64,000 nt of DNA. Origin: an uncultured Gemmatimonadales bacterium. GTDB taxonomy: Bacteria > Gemmatimonadota > Gemmatimonadetes > Gemmatimonadales > Gemmatimonadaceae. How positions within the stretch are numbered: the first letter of the stretch is position 1; each line of letters opens with the position of its first letter. The position numbers and the translations under genes are program-made. Positions 58,432 through 64,000 of the stretch are shown here, in pieces. The notes below the pieces were generated by a model that was not told where the DNA came from, did no database searches, and saw only the letters and a program-made list of their open reading frames with translations. The stretch lies in the NCBI GenBank assembly GCA_963850905.1, contig CAWKMU010000003.1, positions 2,240,001 through 2,304,000 on the forward strand, given 5' to 3'.

Positions 58432-59690
58432 TAGTCCCCCGACGGTTGCTCCCCGGGCACTAGCTCCGCGACGACGGCGCTATCGAGTGGACCCAACCGG
58501 CGCAGCGTTGGCCAGCGCCACGCAACGGCCGCCACCACCAGCAGCGTGCCAATTGCTCCCGACACGACCGACGCCACCGGGCCGAACGCGCCGGCAACTG
58601 CTCCCGACTCGAAACCACCGAGCTGATTCGATGTACCGATGAACAGATTGGCAATGGCGCCGACTCGGCCACGCATCTCGTCCGGCGTCAGGAGCGGTAC
58701 CAGCGTGGCACGGACCACGACGCTCACCATGTCGAAGGCGCCCAGCGCCATCAGCATGGCGAGCGACAGCGGGAACGATCGTGAAAGGCCGAAGACGAGG
58801 GTTGCGACGCCGAACCCTGCCACCGCCCAGAGCACCGTTCGACCCGCCCGCTGCATGGGCGGCCGCGACGCCAGCAAGGCCGCCATGATGACCGCGCCCA
58901 GCGAGTCGGCTGCGTTGAGCCAGCCGAGGCCAGTCGGTCCTACACCGAGGATGTCTTTGGCGTAGATCGGTAGCAGCGTCGTTGCGCCGCCCAGTAGGAC
59001 GGCGAACAGATCGAGGGTGATCGTGGCGAGAATCATTGGCGTGTTCGCCACGAACCGCACGCCAGCGGCGAGCGCCTTGAGCGTCAACTCCGAGTGCAAG
59101 CGCGCGACCGGCCGGGGTCGAATGGCCGCCGCGAGAAACAAAAAGACGGCTGATCCCGCCGCTGCGCAGCCGTATACCACCACTGCTCCACCGAGAGCAG
59201 CGATCATTGCCCCGCCGATAGCCGGGCCGACGACGGCGGCCAGCTGCCACCCGCCGCTGTTCCACGTGATCGCGTTCGCGAGGATGTCGGCTGGCACGAG
59301 CGATGGGAGCAGCGCATTCCGAGCGGGAGCCTGAAAGGCGCGCGCGATGCCGTTCACGAGGATGCAGCTGTACAAGGCGATGATCGGCGCGTGCCACCAC
59401 GACACGAGCGCGAGACCGAGTGAGCTGGCGATATATGTCGCTTGGGCGGCCATGAGCACGTGCCGGCGATCGCGCGTGTCGACGACGTGGCCAGCGGGCA
59501 GCGCGAGCGCGACGAGGGGCACGACGCCGACGAGCCCGAGCATCCCGAGGGCGTAGGCCGAGTGAGTCCGCTCGTAGAGCTCCCACCCGATCGCTGTGGT
59601 CTGCATCTGCAGACCGACCGTCGAGACGACGTTCCCGACGAGCAGTAATCGGTAGTCGCGCCACCGCAGGGCGGCTGACGGTACATGCAC
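58431..59690 (-). CDS. MFS transporter (EntS/transmembrane secretion effector-like)
   Basis: W.LYERT.S, AG.V.D..DRR, LDLFAVLLGGAT.LLPIYAKDIL and MRGRV......FIG.SNQLG.FESG motifs. Confidence 0.9.
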   Translation of the reverse strand: MHVPSAALRWRDYRLLLVGNVVSTVGLQMQTTAIGWELYERTHSAYALGMLGLVGVVPLVALALPAGHVVDTRDRRHVLMAAQATYIASSLGLALVSWWHAPIIALYSCILVNGIARAFQAPARNALLPSLVPADILANAITWNSGGWQLAAVVGPAIGGAMIAALGGAVVVYGCAAAGSAVFLFLAAAIRPRPVARLHSELTLKALAAGVRFVANTPMILATITLDLFAVLLGGATTLLPIYAKDILGVGPTGLGWLNAADSLGAVIMAALLASRPPMQRAGRTVLWAVAGFGVATLVFGLSRSFPLSLAMLMALGAFDMVSVVVRATLVPLLTPDEMRGRVGAIANLFIGTSNQLGGFESGAVAGAFGPVASVVSGAIGTLLVVAAVAWRWPTLRRLGPLDSAVVAELVPGEQPSGD

Positions 59691-59712
59691 CCGGGCAATC
59701 TAGCCGGTACCT

Positions 59713-59759
59713 TGGACGCTGGACGCTGGACGCTGGACGTTGGACGTTAGACGTGAGAC

Positions 59760-59761
<2 letters not shown>
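59713..59761. repeat. Heptamer array x7 (TGGACGC/TGGACGT/TAGACGT/GAGACGT)
   Basis: Fills most of the 69-bp divergent intergenic region. Confidence 0.88.
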
Positions 59762-61799
<2,038 letters not shown>

Positions 61800-61825
61800 A
61801 CAGGAACGCTCAGATCGGGGGACGA

Positions 61826-62950
61826 ATGGCCACGCAGACTGCTCCAGTCGCTCGCGAAGCGACCGACACGTTTCCAATCAACGGCACGGACTACGTAGAG
61901 TTCTACGTAGGCAATGCCAAGCAAGCCAGTGTGTACTACCGCACGGCGTTCGGCTTCCGCCTCGTGGCCTACCGCGGCCCCGAAACGGGTGTCCGAGACC
62001 GGGCGAGCTACATCATGGAGCAGGACAAGGTCCGCCTTGTCCTGACGACCCCGCTGCGGCCGACCGGTACGGTCGCTGCGCACATCGCCAAGCATGGCGA
62101 CGGCGTGCGGGACATCGCGCTGTGGGTTGACGATGCGCGCCGGGCCTTCGAGTTGGCCGTCGAGCGAGGGGCGACCGCGGTGCAAGAGCCGACCGTGCTC
62201 CGCGATGACGACGGGGAAGTGGTGACCGCCGCGATTCAGACGTACGGCGACACGATCCACTCGCTTGTCGAGCGACGGAACTATCGGGGCGCCTTCATGC
62301 CGGGGTGTCAACGGGTGGAGTCGCGATACAATCCGCCCTCGGTCGGTCTCAAGTACGTCGACCATTGCGTTGGCAACGTCGAGTTGGGCGCGATGAATCG
62401 ATGGGTCGAGTTCTACGAGCGAGTGCTGGGGTTCTACAACCTGATCTCGTTCGACGACAAGGCCATCTCCACCGAGTATTCGGCGCTGATGTCCAAAGTG
62501 GTCGCCAACGGGAACGGGCGGATCAAGTTCCCACTCAACGAGCCCGCGCAGGGGAAACGCAAGTCGCAGATCGATGAGTACCTGGAGTTCTACGACGGAC
62601 CGGGCGTCCAGCACATCGCCATTGCGACCGACGACATCGTGACGACGGTGCGCGCGCTCCGTGATCGCGGTGTCGAGTTTCTCCGTGTGCCAATGACCTA
62701 TTACGACACGGTGCTCGACCGCGTCGGTCGCATCGACGAAGACATCGCGCCGCTTCGTGAACTCGGTATCCTGGTCGATCGCGACGATGAGGGGTATCTG
62801 CTGCAGATCTTCTCGAAACCCGTGGAGGATCGCCCGACCCTCTTCTATGAGATCATTCAGCGAAAAGGTGCCAAGAGCTTCGGCGCTGGCAACTTCAAGG
62901 CGCTGTTCGAGGCGATCGAGCGCGAGCAGGCCCTGAGGGGCAACCTCTGA
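61826..62950 (+). CDS. hppD: 4-hydroxyphenylpyruvate dioxygenase
   Basis: DYVEFYVGNAKQA, HGDGV, DHCVGNV, SQIDEYL..Y.GPGVQHIA, YLLQIF and FGAGNFKALFEAIE motifs. Confidence 0.96.
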   Translation: MATQTAPVAREATDTFPINGTDYVEFYVGNAKQASVYYRTAFGFRLVAYRGPETGVRDRASYIMEQDKVRLVLTTPLRPTGTVAAHIAKHGDGVRDIALWVDDARRAFELAVERGATAVQEPTVLRDDDGEVVTAAIQTYGDTIHSLVERRNYRGAFMPGCQRVESRYNPPSVGLKYVDHCVGNVELGAMNRWVEFYERVLGFYNLISFDDKAISTEYSALMSKVVANGNGRIKFPLNEPAQGKRKSQIDEYLEFYDGPGVQHIAIATDDIVTTVRALRDRGVEFLRVPMTYYDTVLDRVGRIDEDIAPLRELGILVDRDDEGYLLQIFSKPVEDRPTLFYEIIQRKGAKSFGAGNFKALFEAIEREQALRGNL

Positions 62951-64000
62951 TGCCGATCTACCACACACTCGGTCAGATTCCACGCAAACGACACACGGTG
63001 TTTCGCCGGCCCGACGGCGGCCTGTACGCCGAAGAGCTCATGGGGCACGAGGGGTTCACGGGAACGTCGTCGCTCCTGTACCACACCCACCCGCCGACGA
63101 CGGTCAAGTCGGTGCGCCGGATTCGCGACATGGCGTACGAGGCCGACGGCGACGAGGCGCTTCGGCATCGCCATTTCCTTACGTCGCGACTGCGCCCGGG
63201 TGGGAGCCCGACACTCGACCGCACGCCGCTGTTGTTCAATCAGGATGTGGCGATGCTGTTCGTCGAGCCAGACGAGCAGGATCCGCACTTCTACAAGAAC
63301 GGCCAGGCCGACGAGTTGGTGTACGTGAGCAAGGGCAGCGGTGTGTTGGAGTCGGTGTTCGGCGATCTGCCGTACCGCGAGGGCGATTACCTGGTCATTC
63401 ACCGCGGGATCACCCACCGGTTCAAGCTCGATATTGCGGCCGGGCCGACGAAGTTCCTCGTGATCGAAAGTCGGGGACACGTGCGGTGGCCCAAGCGCTA
63501 TCGCAACGAGTTCGGCCAGCTCCTCGAGGGTGCTCCGTACTCGGAGCGTGACATTCGGCGCCCCGCCGAGCTGCGCACGGTCGATCAGATGGGCGACTTT
63601 CGGATTCTCGTCAAACAATACAACGGGCTGAGCGAGATCATTCTCGATCACCATCCGTTCGACGTCATCGGATGGGACGGATATTTCTACCCGTGGGCCT
63701 TCAACATCCACGACTTCGAGCCGATCGTGGGTCGGGTACATCAACCGCCGCCGGTGCACCAGACCTTTCAGGGCGACGGGTTCGTGGTCTGCTCTTTTTG
63801 TCCGCGGCCCTTCGACTTCGATCCGAACGCGGTCCCGGCACCGTACAACCACAGCAACGTCGACTCGGATGAGGTGCTGTACTACGCCTCCAGCGAATTC
63901 ATGAGCCGCAAGGGCATCGAGTTCGGGAGCATCACCCTGCATCCCGACGGGATTCCCCACGGCCCCCATCCGGGTCGGGCCGAAGCCAGCATCGGCGCCA
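62950..64000 (+). CDS. hmgA: Homogentisate 1,2-dioxygenase (3' end outside window)
   Basis: ATG 62950 coupled to the hppD stop. Manual translation: MPIYHTLGQIPRKRH..., HPFDVIGWDG, HQPPPVHQTF, PYNHSNVDSDEV, TLHPDGIPHGPHPG. Confidence 0.92.
   Translation, partial: MPIYHTLGQIPRKRHTVFRRPDGGLYAEELMGHEGFTGTSSLLYHTHPPTTVKSVRRIRDMAYEADGDEALRHRHFLTSRLRPGGSPTLDRTPLLFNQDVAMLFVEPDEQDPHFYKNGQADELVYVSKGSGVLESVFGDLPYREGDYLVIHRGITHRFKLDIAAGPTKFLVIESRGHVRWPKRYRNEFGQLLEGAPYSERDIRRPAELRTVDQMGDFRILVKQYNGLSEIILDHHPFDVIGWDGYFYPWAFNIHDFEPIVGRVHQPPPVHQTFQGDGFVVCSFCPRPFDFDPNAVPAPYNHSNVDSDEVLYYASSEFMSRKGIEFGSITLHPDGIPHGPHPGRAEASIGA

Overview
High-GC bacterial chromosomal segment, probably from a Gemmatimonadota-like organism (inferred from the SusC/SusD pair, Big_2 lipoprotein, minor-pilin quartets and GC level). 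It holds about 50 genes: a SusC/SusD uptake pair, a multicopper oxidase, amino-acid and peptide metabolism, a probable 3-keto-glycoside catabolic set, a mycobacterial-type (Sdh1-like) succinate dehydrogenase, two paralogous FimT-PilV-PilW-PilX-like minor-pilin clusters and the start of the homogentisate pathway. The best candidate for an undescribed system is at 39.9-51.4 kb. A putative ceramide synthesis operon (spt-bCerS-cerR, coupled to a PHM-like copper protein) converges on a tightly coupled 7-gene headgroup operon: HAD phosphatase, NTP transferase, ITPK-like ATP-grasp protein, class III aminotransferase, CDP-alcohol phosphotransferase, Gfo/Idh/MocA dehydrogenase and flippase-like protein. 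Together they may build an amino-cyclitol or amino-sugar phosphoceramide. Non-coding signals include GTAG-family REP palindromes (one inside a CDS, two forming an ~88-bp inverted repeat around a 3-gene cassette), intergenic heptamer arrays, a c-di-GMP-I-like RNA structure before pilin cluster 2, and three +1 frameshifts. I recognised no tRNA, rRNA, CRISPR array, integrase or transposase. All calls come from motif recognition by eye; no searches were run.
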